64,000 nucleotides of DNA from an uncultured Alphaproteobacteria bacterium (lineage in GTDB: Bacteria; Pseudomonadota; Alphaproteobacteria; RF32; CAG-239): positions 3,511-67,510 of the forward strand of contig CALXUE010000008.1 of the NCBI GenBank assembly GCA_944391615.1, read 5' to 3'. Each line of letters begins with the position of its first letter. The stretch's first letter is position 1. Positions 1 to 8,854 of the stretch are shown here, piece after piece. A model generated the notes under the pieces. It saw nothing but the letters and a program-made list of their open reading frames with translations. It was not told the DNA's origin and did not search any database. The translations under genes and the position numbers were made by a program.

Positions 1-283
1 CATATAATCTTCCAAGAGTTTCTTGTGAGGCGTAAGATGGAAATTCCGGCTCGGTTAATCTGCGGACACGCCCGCCTTCTTGATCCGTGCCAAATAATAT
101 GTCTTCTCTTTCAAGCGTGTTTTTGATGTCTTCCGTTAGGCGTTTTAATTGGATTTTATTCTCTATGTTGCGTTTGAAAAGCGTGAAGCCTATGGGGGAT
201 ATGTCCTTGATAACGGCTTTTTCCTCGGGGGTTAAAACCGCTCCTTGAATTGAGACAAATGCAGCGCTTTGTTGGCGGGACAT
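1..283 (-). CDS. nagZ: beta-N-acetylhexosaminidase (GH3, NagZ-like), N-terminal fragment running off the window edge
   Basis: My own minus-strand translation from ATG at 283 gives MSRQQSAAFVSIQGAVLTPEEKAVIKDISPIGFTLFKRNI...LFGTDQEGGRVRRL. DQEGGRV is the GH3/NagZ N-terminal signature. AGGAAG lies upstream. The ORF is open at the window edge, so it is absent from the ORF track. Confidence 0.7.
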   Translation of the reverse strand, partial: MSRQQSAAFVSIQGAVLTPEEKAVIKDISPIGFTLFKRNIENKIQLKRLTEDIKNTLEREDILFGTDQEGGRVRRLTEPEFPSYASQETLGRLY

Positions 284-295
284 CGGGGCTCTTCC

Positions 296-958
296 TTAAA
301 GCAAAATTGAGCTGATGGCTCGGGTGGTGTTTTTGATGTACCAACCGAAAAAGTCAAAGTCTATACCGAAACTTTGCAAAAATACCGGTATAACAAAGGC
401 GATGGCTATGATGGCTATCAAGCCTTTTTGTTCAGCGTTGACGTATTTTATGGCCCAAGGTTTGTCGCTCCAACCAAAAAAGATTTTGGAACCATCCAGA
501 GGCGGTATGGGCAAAATATTAAATACGGCCAAGATGATGTTGAATATCATAAAGTTGATGAAAAATGCCACGCATACAAGCTGTACTGTCGGTGAAGGAA
601 TAAATGAGCTTAAGTATGTTAACAATGCTCCTATCAAAGCCAAATAAATGTTCATAATTATTCCGGCTGAGGCAACGAGCACAATATCTCTTTTGGGCTT
701 TTTGAAATTATGATAGTTGATGGGAACCGGTTTGGCCCAGCCAAATATAAAACCTGTTTTGGACATGATTAATAAGGCCGGAATTATGATGGTGCCGATT
801 AAGTCTATGTGATGCAACGGATTTAGAGATAACCTATGGGCTCTTTTGGCCGTGTCGTCTCCTAAGCGTGCTGCGACCCAGCCATGCGCCAATTCATGGG
901 CGATAATCGCAATTATCGCCGGAATGAATGTGACGAATATTTTGATTATAAAGTCCAT
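296..958 (-). CDS. site-2 protease family (peptidase M50) membrane metalloprotease
   Basis: HELAHG (HExxH) sits in a hydrophobic segment, with NILPIPPLDGSK as the second M50 motif. The protein is polytopic and 220 aa. Confidence 0.8.
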   Translation of the reverse strand: MDFIIKIFVTFIPAIIAIIAHELAHGWVAARLGDDTAKRAHRLSLNPLHHIDLIGTIIIPALLIMSKTGFIFGWAKPVPINYHNFKKPKRDIVLVASAGIIMNIYLALIGALLTYLSSFIPSPTVQLVCVAFFINFMIFNIILAVFNILPIPPLDGSKIFFGWSDKPWAIKYVNAEQKGLIAIIAIAFVIPVFLQSFGIDFDFFGWYIKNTTRAISSILL

Positions 959-959
959 A

Positions 960-1889
960 TTATTTCTTCTTTACAATGCAGCTGCCGCCTTGTGACTTGA
1001 TGGTGCTGCATAATTTGTCGGCTTCAGCACGTGTGGCGTATGCACCGGCTTTTAAGCGATAATAGGTGCCTTTTGCGCCTAGGTCTGCCGTTTCAATTTC
1101 GTGGGAAACTCCTTTTAGGGCCGGATGTTTTTTTACTAACCCTGTCCAAGCTGAGGTAACGGCTTTTTGATTGGGGGAAGACATTAATTGTACTTGCCAA
1201 TCTCCTGTTGCGGCCTGTGTGGCGGCAATCTTTGGTTCCGGTTTTGGTTCTGCTTTAGCTACCGGTTGAGGTTTGGGCTCTGCCTTTGCTTGAACGGCTT
1301 CTTTTTGTGAGGCCTCTTTAATGGTTGGTAAGGTTATTTCTTTGGTTTCATTCACAACAGCTTTGGGAGCGGCGACGGTCTTAACCTCAGAAGTTTTGAC
1401 TTCCGTTGTGGTTTCGATTGGTTTTAATTTTGGTGTTTGCTCCGGTGCAGCTTCCGGTGCGGGGGGTGTTGTCTCTGCTTTTATTTCCGGTAGAATCGGT
1501 TGCTCCGGTGGAGGCAAAATGCTCTCAACCTCTTTTCTTTCAGGCTCTTTTTCTATAATGTTATAAACGGATTTGTCCTGATTTAAAATTTCCATTCCTC
1601 CGGGATTTTCCGGCTTGACTTTTACGGAAGCTTGCGGACGTTTGATAACGGGAATTTCTGCAACATTGTCAACGGAATATCGTGGAGACAATGCAAACCA
1701 TCCGACTACGGCCGCTAATGCTAATCCTGATACCGCTCCTATAAGCACGCTTCTGGAACGAGACATATCATTCTTGTGCTCTTCAAAATTCATAAGGTTT
1801 TCATCGGCTATCTTTTGGCGACGTTCGCTCAGATAGTTCTCATTCATGTTGTCTTCCGGAAATTCTTGAAACATTGTTCTATATCCCAA
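960..1889 (-). CDS. SPOR domain-containing protein with a Pro/Glu/Lys-rich linker
   Basis: N-terminal TM segment, a low-complexity AKAEPKPQP linker, and a C-terminal SPOR-like block (WQVQLMSSPNQ...YYRLKAGAYATRAEADKLCSTIK). Confidence 0.75.
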   Translation of the reverse strand: MGYRTMFQEFPEDNMNENYLSERRQKIADENLMNFEEHKNDMSRSRSVLIGAVSGLALAAVVGWFALSPRYSVDNVAEIPVIKRPQASVKVKPENPGGMEILNQDKSVYNIIEKEPERKEVESILPPPEQPILPEIKAETTPPAPEAAPEQTPKLKPIETTTEVKTSEVKTVAAPKAVVNETKEITLPTIKEASQKEAVQAKAEPKPQPVAKAEPKPEPKIAATQAATGDWQVQLMSSPNQKAVTSAWTGLVKKHPALKGVSHEIETADLGAKGTYYRLKAGAYATRAEADKLCSTIKSQGGSCIVKKK

Positions 1890-2048
1890 TCGTTGTTAAT
1901 TTTGTTTTACTATACCTTCTAAAGATTTATAATCAATTAACGGCAGTATAATTTATCTGTTGAAAAGGTGGTTTATTTGATAACGCTTTTATTCTCTTCA
2001 TATTATCATTTGCTTATTGTTTAACTTTTTTTTGTGAGGAATGGACTG

Positions 2049-2384
2049 ATGAAAAAGAATTATTTGTTTGTGCTGGCGGTTATTTTGATTGCATTGATTG
2101 CGGGATATGTTTTGCATATCCATGAAATTACGGCTTTTGCTTCCAAAATTTTTCATCATATACAGAACTATTGGATTTTGATTCCGGCTTTGATTGCTCC
2201 ATTTGTTGTCAAATCTAAATATTATTGGTTTGTGTTGGCGGCTGTCGGAATCGTTTTTGCTCTCCTAATTCAGATGTTGATTTGGCATAGAGCTGATATT
2301 AACATAAATTTGACGTTGATGATGACTTGTGCCTTTTTGTTTGTGAATTATGTGGTTAATTTAATTAGGGTTCTGTTGAAGTAA
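2049..2384 (+). CDS. small integral membrane protein, function unknown
   Basis: Three to four hydrophobic helices. GAGGA lies 8 nt before ATG 2049. The track ORF starts at GTG 2034. Confidence 0.5.
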   Translation: MKKNYLFVLAVILIALIAGYVLHIHEITAFASKIFHHIQNYWILIPALIAPFVVKSKYYWFVLAAVGIVFALLIQMLIWHRADININLTLMMTCAFLFVNYVVNLIRVLLK

Positions 2385-2385
2385 A

Positions 2386-3546
2386 CTAGAATCTCGTTAG
2401 CGGATTAAACAGCTTGTTATGCTCCTCTAGAGCCATCATATCGGTCATATTGGCAATGTAGTCGCACACGGTTTCGGCAATGTCTTGGTCGGAGGCGTTG
2501 CTTGGAATCTGGGTTCGGATGTTCATTGGCAATAGTTTGGGGTTGTCCATAAACAAGGAGAATAATTCTTCTACAACGCGTTGTGACTTCATGTCCATGC
2601 GGGCGATGGGTGTTGTTGTATAAAAATTTTCTTTCAAAAATTGGCGCAGCAGTTTGATGTCCTTTTTCATGGCTTCCGAAAAGTCTATTGTGAAATCTTT
2701 TTGTGCGCGCGCATCTTGTGGGTGCACTATTTTTTGCTTTTTTATATTGCGGGCGGCGTTTTCGGTAACATCATAAATCATACGGGCTATCATATTACGT
2801 GTGATGGCGTATATAATCATATCCGGATGGTGTTGATGCTCGGGGTATTTTTGTAAAAAGGTGTCGGCAATGTTGTTGATAAATGGTAATTCTCTTAATT
2901 GTTCAATGCTGAAAAATCCGGCACGAAAACCATCATCTATATCGTGGTTGTTGTAGGCTATGTCATCAGCTATGGCACCGACCTGGCCTTCCAAGGAGGG
3001 ATATTGTTTTAGGTCAAGATCAAATTTTTTATTGAAATTTTTAAGATAATCCGAGGTGATTTTTTTTATCGGACCGTTGTGCTTGACTGTGGCTTCGATG
3101 GTTTCCCAGGTTAGGTTTAAGCCGCAAAACTCAGGATAATGGACTTCTAATTTAGTCATTATTTTGAGTGAATTTATGTTGTGGTCAAAACCGCCGTATT
3201 TTTTCATGGAATTTTGCAAGGCTCTTTCTCCGGCGTGGCCGAAAGGGGAATGCCCCAAATCGTGTGCCAAAGCTATGGCTTCGCCCAATTCTTCATTCAG
3301 CTTTAGGCTTTTACACAAGGTGCGGGTGATTTGTGAAACCTCAATGCTATGCGTTAGTCTTGTGCGATAGTTCTTGCCCTCATGGTAGGCAAAAACTTGC
3401 GTCTTTCCATCCAAACGACGAAAAGATTCTGAATGTATTAATCTATCCCTATCTCTTTGAAACGGTGAACGGTTGATGTTGGGATAATCAGGGTACATCC
3501 TGCCTTTTGAATCTTCGGCCTTGGTGGCATAACTTGCTAATTCCAT
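2386..3546 (-). CDS. dgt: dGTP triphosphohydrolase-like HD-domain protein
   Basis: RLTHSIEVSQI...ALAHDLGHSPFGHAGE HD motifs, at a length (386 aa) typical of Dgt-like proteins. Confidence 0.88.
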   Translation of the reverse strand: MELASYATKAEDSKGRMYPDYPNINRSPFQRDRDRLIHSESFRRLDGKTQVFAYHEGKNYRTRLTHSIEVSQITRTLCKSLKLNEELGEAIALAHDLGHSPFGHAGERALQNSMKKYGGFDHNINSLKIMTKLEVHYPEFCGLNLTWETIEATVKHNGPIKKITSDYLKNFNKKFDLDLKQYPSLEGQVGAIADDIAYNNHDIDDGFRAGFFSIEQLRELPFINNIADTFLQKYPEHQHHPDMIIYAITRNMIARMIYDVTENAARNIKKQKIVHPQDARAQKDFTIDFSEAMKKDIKLLRQFLKENFYTTTPIARMDMKSQRVVEELFSLFMDNPKLLPMNIRTQIPSNASDQDIAETVCDYIANMTDMMALEEHNKLFNPLTRF

Positions 3547-3611
3547 TTTATTTTTCCTTTGTTTTATGTTTTACTTAATTTAATTCAATAAAATTGATTA
3601 AAGGTTAAAAT

Positions 3612-4403
3612 ATGAAAATTGCTACGTTTAATATTAATTCTATCAACGCCAGAGTGCCTATTCTAACCAAGTGGCTGGGGCAATCTCAGCCTGATGTGGT
3701 GTTGTTGCAGGAAATTAAATGCGAATTTAATGCGTTTCCGTTTTTTGAAATTTCTTCTCTCGGCTATGATGTGCGTATGTTGGGGCAGAAAAGTTATAAC
3801 GGTGTGGCGATTTTAAGCAAATCCAAAATTAAAAATGTGGTGGAAAATTTGCCCCAATTTCCTGACACGCAGGCCAGATATTTGCAAGCTGATGTGACTG
3901 TTGATGGAAAAGATGTAACTGTTGCCTCCATTTATTTACCAAACGGAAATCCACCCTTGAATGCGCCGGATGATACGCAAAAATTTCTTTATAAACTGCA
4001 ATGGATGGATGCACTTTATCAGCAGGCTCAGGCTTTATTGCAAAGCGGAAAACGTATTGTGCTCGGTGGCGATTTTAACACGATTTTGACCGATAATGAT
4101 GTGTATGATCCTGAGGAATTTCGCAATAATGCCTTATTTCGTCCCGAAGTCAGATGCAGGTTTGAGGCTTTGAAATTTTTGGGGTATACGGATGCTTTTC
4201 GGGCTCTCTATCCTTTGAAAAACGGTTATAGTTTTTGGGATTATACAAGTGCGGCTTTGCAACTTGATAAGGGTATGCGAATCGATTATTTTTTGCTCTC
4301 TCCTTTGGCGGCTGATGAACTGACGGACTGTTTTGTGGATAAAGAGCCGCGCAAAATGGATAAACCTTCAGACCACACACCGTTGGTGGCGCAATTTAAA
4401 TGA
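3612..4403 (+). CDS. xthA: exodeoxyribonuclease III
   Basis: MKIATFNINSINAR...LLQEIK...GGDFN...SDHTPL, the EEP/ExoIII motif series. 263 aa. Confidence 0.9.
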   Translation: MKIATFNINSINARVPILTKWLGQSQPDVVLLQEIKCEFNAFPFFEISSLGYDVRMLGQKSYNGVAILSKSKIKNVVENLPQFPDTQARYLQADVTVDGKDVTVASIYLPNGNPPLNAPDDTQKFLYKLQWMDALYQQAQALLQSGKRIVLGGDFNTILTDNDVYDPEEFRNNALFRPEVRCRFEALKFLGYTDAFRALYPLKNGYSFWDYTSAALQLDKGMRIDYFLLSPLAADELTDCFVDKEPRKMDKPSDHTPLVAQFK

Positions 4404-4475
4404 TAGTGGATTGTTTGTGATATATCCTTGATATCTTGGGGGCTTTTAGATACATATTTTATTATGTGATGCAAA

Positions 4476-5633
4476 ATGACGGAGTGTTTTATGCAGTGGC
4501 GTAGAGTTTGGCAACATTTGTTTTTTTGTACTTGTCTCCTTTATGGGGGACGGGTGTATGCTGTCGATAATACTCAGTTGCTGGAAGCGGCTTTACGCAC
4601 AGTGCATGATGAATTTTTGGCTCCAGTCAGTTATGATATTTATTCTTCTTGGGCGGTGCAAGGACTTAATCAATATGATAAAAATCTGCAGATCGTAGAT
4701 GATGAGTCCAGAATTACCCTTTATTATAATTCACAGGTTTTTCGCAGCTATTTGAAACCTCAGGGAAAAAAGTCCGAAAACCCCAAAGCTTGGGCAAGGT
4801 TTATGCTCAAAGTTTTGGATGCTGCCAAAGAAATTTCGCCGGCCGTTAAGCAAAAAGATTTTGAAGCCCCAGATAAAATGCTGCAATTTGCAACGCAAAA
4901 TTTAGACCCTTATTCCAAATATATATCTGTTCTCGTACCCGAAAAAAAACAAGATTTGCGTCCGGTTAGTGATTTTGGCGTCAATCTGACGACAGATGAT
5001 ATTTTGTATATTAAATTAACAGATATTACAAAATTTACACCGCATAATTTTGAGGCCGCTTTCGCGCAATATGCCAATCAGGCAAAAGCTTTGATTATTG
5101 ATTTGCGCGGGTGTCATGGCGGGGCTTTGCAAGGGGCAATCGATGTGGCGGATTTGTTCTTGCCTAACGGAATTATTACCTCGACCCAAGGCCGTAAAGA
5201 TGACAGTGTGGTGTTTTATGAGGCGCACCCTGATGTTTTGTTTGCGGGTAAACCTATTGTGGTTTTGGTTGATGGCGAGACGGCTTCTTCGGCTGAGATT
5301 TTGGCTGCCGCTTTACAAGAGCAAGGCGCCGCTCTTATTATGGGAACGGGTACTTTGGGCAAGGGTAGTGTGCAAAATGTTGTGAATTTGCCTGATAATA
5401 ATAAAATGATTTTGACAAATGCTTACGCTTTTACACCTGCCGGCAATCCAATTCATCAAAACGGAGTTAAGCCTGATGTTTGCTTGTATCGTGTCAAGGA
5501 TAATGCCAAGCTTGATGATGTTTTGAACCAAAATACGAATGTGGAAAAATGTTTGTCTGAAAAACGTGACGATCGTCGGATTGATTATGCTTTGGCAATA
5601 GAACTCCTTAAGGCCAGATTGAACCTAAAATAA
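4476..5633 (+). CDS. S41 family (C-terminal processing) peptidase, secreted
   Basis: Signal-like N-terminus, with LIIDLRGCHGG and VVLVDGETASSAEILAAALQE...GKGSVQ as the S41 catalytic-region motifs. Confidence 0.8.
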   Translation: MTECFMQWRRVWQHLFFCTCLLYGGRVYAVDNTQLLEAALRTVHDEFLAPVSYDIYSSWAVQGLNQYDKNLQIVDDESRITLYYNSQVFRSYLKPQGKKSENPKAWARFMLKVLDAAKEISPAVKQKDFEAPDKMLQFATQNLDPYSKYISVLVPEKKQDLRPVSDFGVNLTTDDILYIKLTDITKFTPHNFEAAFAQYANQAKALIIDLRGCHGGALQGAIDVADLFLPNGIITSTQGRKDDSVVFYEAHPDVLFAGKPIVVLVDGETASSAEILAAALQEQGAALIMGTGTLGKGSVQNVVNLPDNNKMILTNAYAFTPAGNPIHQNGVKPDVCLYRVKDNAKLDDVLNQNTNVEKCLSEKRDDRRIDYALAIELLKARLNLK

Positions 5634-5654
5634 TCACTTTGTTGAAAAATGTTG

Positions 5655-5682
5655 TTGACATTTGCTCAAAAATATGTATATT
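5655..5682 (+). promoter_or_regulatory. sigma70-like promoter upstream of rpmG
   Basis: TTGACA (5655-5660), 16-nt spacer, TATATT (5677-5682), about 45 nt upstream of the rpmG ATG. Confidence 0.45.
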
Positions 5683-5728
5683 ACGCCTAAATGTTTAATT
5701 TCGTAATCTTTAAGAAGAGTAGAAGAAA

Positions 5729-5896
5729 ATGGCTAAAGCAGTTAAAGTTAAAGTTAAAATGGAAAGTACAGCTGGTACCGGAACTTTTTTCCTCGCTGAG
5801 AAAAATCCTAGAACTCATCCGGAAAAATTGACTTTGAAAAAATATGACAAGAAGTCTAAAAAACACGAAGAGTTCGTTGAGAAAAAGTTGAAGTAA
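5729..5896 (+). CDS. rpmG: 50S ribosomal protein L33
   Basis: My own translation gives MAKAVKVKVKMESTAGTGTFFLAEKNPRTHPEKLTLKKYDKKSKKHEEFVEKKLK (55 aa). This is below the ORF-track cutoff. Sequence and length are L33-typical. Confidence 0.9.
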   Translation: MAKAVKVKVKMESTAGTGTFFLAEKNPRTHPEKLTLKKYDKKSKKHEEFVEKKLK

Positions 5897-5920
5897 TTAT
5901 ACTTTTTTAGCAATTGTTGG

Positions 5921-5958
5921 AAAATCGGTGGTAGCTTGGCTTTCACCGATTTTTTTTG
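5921..5958 (+). terminator. rho-independent terminator after rpmG
   Basis: AATCGGTG...CACCGATT stem followed by T8. Confidence 0.7.
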
Positions 5959-6086
5959 TTGTTTAAGTTTCACCGCTTAGGGTGCTGTGTTTGAAACATT
6001 ATAAAAAAACGGTTTTGTTTAATTGGCTTAGTTATATTTTGAAAAAATAATTTAAGTATGGCCGCTTAGGCTTTGGGTTTTGAAAT

Positions 6087-7019
6087 TTATTTTTCTTCCA
6101 ATAAATGGGCTTTTTGATATTCTTTTTGCAAGGTTTCAATTTGAACATCGGTGTAGCGTTGGGTCGTGGTGAGGGACGCATGACCCAAAAGCTCTTGTAT
6201 CGCGCGTAAATCTGCGCCTTCTGCCAACAGGTGTGTGGCATATGAATGGCGCAAGGCGTGGGGCGTTAGGCTATCAGGCAGGCCTAAATATAACCTTATT
6301 TTTTGCATTTGACGTTGGATGATACGAGGGCTTAAACGCTCACCTCTTGCGCCTAAAAATAAGGCGTCGCCCTGCCTTAGCTGATAAGGGCAGGCATCAA
6401 CGTATTTTTGGATGTTTTCTATGACTTCACTTAAAACGGGCACAAGACGGGTTTTGTTGCCTTTACCGGTGATTCTTAATAGTTCGGTATTTTTTTCAAT
6501 ATCTCCATAGTTGATGGACAATGCTTCAGAGATACGGAGGCCGCAACCGTATAATAAGGTGAAAATTGCCTTGTCTCTTAAACCTTCCCATGATTTTGCG
6601 GCAAAATTTGAACTCTCATCAAGCACGTTAAATGTGTCGGAAATATCCAATGCTTTGGGAATAATTTTGCCATGCTTGGGGGCGGAGATAACATCTATGG
6701 CGGCATTTTTGCACAAATCTTTGTCATCTAACCATTTGAAAAAATTTTTAAGCGTTGATATCTCTCTGGCTAAAGATGTTTTGGCAATGTTTTTGCCGGC
6801 TCTTTGGCTGATGTATGCGCGAAATTCTCGAACATCGATTTCGGATAAGCGTTGTAAGCTCAGTGGATCTTGGAAAAAATCGGTAAACGCGGCTAAATCC
6901 CTGCTATAAGCATCAAGGGTATGTGTAGAGTAGCGGCGTTCATCTTTTAAGAAAAGTTGCCACTTTTTTATTTGCGCGGTCAGCTCGCTGTCGGCATTGT
7001 ATTTAATTTCTTGTTTCAT
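6087..7019 (-). CDS. xerC: tyrosine recombinase XerC (XerC/XerD family)
   Basis: HALRHSYATHLLAEGADLRAIQELLGHASLTTTQRYT catalytic region, with an N-terminal SAM-like domain (STHTLDAYSRDL). The HS[FY]ATH and QELLGHA patterns look more XerC- than XerD-like. Confidence 0.8.
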   Translation of the reverse strand: MKQEIKYNADSELTAQIKKWQLFLKDERRYSTHTLDAYSRDLAAFTDFFQDPLSLQRLSEIDVREFRAYISQRAGKNIAKTSLAREISTLKNFFKWLDDKDLCKNAAIDVISAPKHGKIIPKALDISDTFNVLDESSNFAAKSWEGLRDKAIFTLLYGCGLRISEALSINYGDIEKNTELLRITGKGNKTRLVPVLSEVIENIQKYVDACPYQLRQGDALFLGARGERLSPRIIQRQMQKIRLYLGLPDSLTPHALRHSYATHLLAEGADLRAIQELLGHASLTTTQRYTDVQIETLQKEYQKAHLLEEK

Positions 7020-7053
7020 AGCTTTATTATTGCTTGAAATGATTAATAAATGG

Positions 7054-7081
7054 TTGACAAAAAAATATTTTAGTCTATAAA
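7054..7081 (+). promoter_or_regulatory. sigma70-like promoter
   Basis: TTGACA (7054-7059), 16-nt spacer, TATAAA (7076-7081). Confidence 0.45.
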
Positions 7082-7113
7082 AGAAATATGTCGTTTATTA
7101 AAAATATATTATT

Positions 7114-7380
7114 ATGGATATCAAAGGAACAGTTCTTCAAAGAAAACAGTTGGAAAATGCAAGTTGCGTGTTAGTAACACTCGTAATTCAGACAACGCAG
7201 CTTGAAAATTTTGTTATTACAGCTCGTATCACTTCGAGTAGTCTTCGAAATATTTCTTATTTGCAGATGTATTTGGCTAATGAGAAAGATGAGGTGTCTT
7301 TTAATGATTGTAATATCGTTAACACTTTTAGACTTACGCGGTTGAATTTAGCTGAAGATAGCAACGTACATCTTGTATAA
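7114..7380 (+). CDS. hypothetical protein (doubtful ORF; the unit may be non-coding)
   Basis: An 88-aa ORF with no SD and no recognisable motif, lying between a good promoter and a strong terminator. Confidence 0.3.
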   Translation: MDIKGTVLQRKQLENASCVLVTLVIQTTQLENFVITARITSSSLRNISYLQMYLANEKDEVSFNDCNIVNTFRLTRLNLAEDSNVHLV

Positions 7381-7386
7381 TGATAC

Positions 7387-7427
7387 AAAAATGCAGCAAT
7401 AAAATTAAAATTGCTGCATTTTTTTTG
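7387..7427. terminator. bidirectional rho-independent terminator
   Basis: Perfect 10-bp stem ATGCAGCAAT/ATTGCTGCAT (7391-7400 / 7410-7419), flanked by A4 and T8. It serves the + unit and the convergent MerR gene. Confidence 0.75.
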
Positions 7428-7865
7428 TTAAGCCGCTGTTTTGTTAAACAATCGGTCACGCTCGGTTAACATCTCGGGGTTTTGTTGATAAACGTTTTCT
7501 TCTCCGAGTTTTTCCGCTAATTCGTAATATTTGATTTTGAAATTGAGTTTTTGCAGGTTTTGTTTGAGGGCTTTTATTTCTTGTTCAACCTGTGCTTTTT
7601 GCTTCAGCATAATTTGTTTGCGCTCGGATATAGTTTGATTGCCGCGTTCTGCCAAATCAAGATAATGTTTGATGCCTTTAAGGGTGAGGCCGGTGGCTTT
7701 GAGGCACTCAATAATGCCAAGCCAGCTTAAATCTTCCTCTGAAAAGCGGCGCAGGCCTGAGGAGGATTTGCCAACCTTGGGGAATAAGCCTAGCTTATCA
7801 TAATATCTCAAGGTATGGGGGCTGAGGTTGAACTTTTTTGATACTTGTCCGATGCTGTAAAACAT
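7428..7865 (-). CDS. MerR family transcriptional regulator
   Basis: MFYSIGQVSKKFNLSPHTLRYYDKLGLF is a MerR HTH, followed by a C-terminal coiled coil. I place the start at ATG 7865 (AAGGA 8 nt upstream). The track start at 7895 lies inside the predicted promoter. Confidence 0.85.
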   Translation of the reverse strand: MFYSIGQVSKKFNLSPHTLRYYDKLGLFPKVGKSSSGLRRFSEEDLSWLGIIECLKATGLTLKGIKHYLDLAERGNQTISERKQIMLKQKAQVEQEIKALKQNLQKLNFKIKYYELAEKLGEENVYQQNPEMLTERDRLFNKTAA

Positions 7866-7900
7866 TTGTTTTGTCCTTGTCTTTGTCTTAGTCATTCTGT

Positions 7901-7933
7901 ATTGAAGTTAGAGCAAACTCTAAACTAAGTCAA
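7901..7933 (-). promoter_or_regulatory. MerR-type promoter/operator in front of the MerR gene
   Basis: On the minus strand: TTGACT (7933-7928), 21-bp spacer, TTCAAT (7906-7901). The overlong spacer contains palindrome copy 1 (TTAGAGTTTGCTCTAA). Confidence 0.55.
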
Positions 7934-8574
7934 GGGTAGAAATTAGGAAAGTTTTTGTTGAGTTGGGGTGTGTTTATAAAAATGGGTGGTGAAGAGGTGA
8001 TGTTTGTGTAATATTTTTTAGTTGGAGGAAAGAAATGTTATGTTCGAGTTAGAGCTAACTCTAATAGCTATCTAATTAAGTAGAGGGTAATAAGTTTTTG
8101 TTTTTTTATTTAGAGTTAGAGCTAACTCCAAGTAGAAAAAGTAAAATTAGGTGTGCGAAAGAGATGTAAGAGAGAAAAAGAAGGGAGATATATATAAGTT
8201 TATTGGAGTTAGAGCTAACTCTAAGCATGTAATCGCAAGGAAAGAATAAGGGGAGCGCATCTTGTCTTATTTAGAATTAGGGCTAACTCTAATTCTAGTA
8301 GGAAGAAACAGATGTTTGAGGAGAAGGAAAAAGAGGTTGTGTTAAAAAGTACTCTGAGTAAAAGCGGCGTACAATATAAAGAGGAGAATATATCTTGTTT
8401 ATATTAGAGTTGGAGCTAACTCTATATTTGTGAGCGTGAAGCTGTTGATTTGGATTGCAGAGGCAAATCTGAGGATGTTTGATGCAAAGTTTAAGTTAAC
8501 TCTAATTATTATCCAATCAAATCGGGGGTAATAAGTTTTTGTTTTTTTATTATTAGAGTTAGAGCTAACTCTAA
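7902..8574. repeat. array of eight copies of a 22-bp palindrome, consensus TTAGAGTTAG-AG-CTAACTCTAA
   Basis: Copies at 7902-7923, 8043-8064, 8110-8131, 8203-8224, 8271-8292, 8404-8425, 8484-8505 (degenerate) and 8553-8574 (perfect). Start-to-start spacing is 141, 67, 93, 68, 133, 80 and 69 bp. Copies 3 and 8 share a 25-nt upstream flank (8085-8110 / 8526-8550). Confidence 0.85.
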
Positions 8575-8854
8575 ATAAAATAGATAAAAGAAAGCAGACA
8601 GATTGAACAAATAAGAATAAAACAAGAATATAGCTAAGTATATAGTTTGTAAAGATGTTTGTTAGTGTTAGAGAAAGCAAATGGATTAAAAATATAAGTG
8701 TAGATGTGTTGGAGATTGCGGAAAGTGTTTTGTTTTGGGAGAGAAGTAAGTTAGTTTGTCGATTTTATTTTATAAAATTCTTTACTTTTTGTCGAAAAGC
8801 ATTATAATGCGCAATAAATTTGTATTATGATGTTTAACTATTAACTTATTGATT

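Noticed and set aside
2386-3546. The dGTPase could be an anti-phage dNTP-depletion defence gene.
   Set aside because: It sits among core genes (SPOR protein, xthA, S41 peptidase, rpmG) with no island features, which fits the housekeeping Dgt-like paralog common in bacteria.
7902-8574. The palindrome array could be a CRISPR array.
   Set aside because: The repeat is only 22 bp and spacing is irregular (67-141 bp). Some inter-repeat segments are duplicates of each other, the repeats are degenerate, and no cas genes lie within 60 kb of window sequence.
8399-8680. 93-aa minus-strand ORF in the ORF track.
   Set aside because: It runs through three palindrome copies, its translation is low-complexity Leu/Phe/Ser/Asn, and it has no SD. 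It is most likely a by-product of the stop-poor composition.
7924-8760. The purine-rich tract could be a CsrB/RsmZ-like sponge RNA with many GGA motifs.
   Set aside because: I counted about 18 GGA trinucleotides in about 840 nt. That is about what the local G/A-rich composition predicts, and the motifs are not preferentially in hairpin loops.
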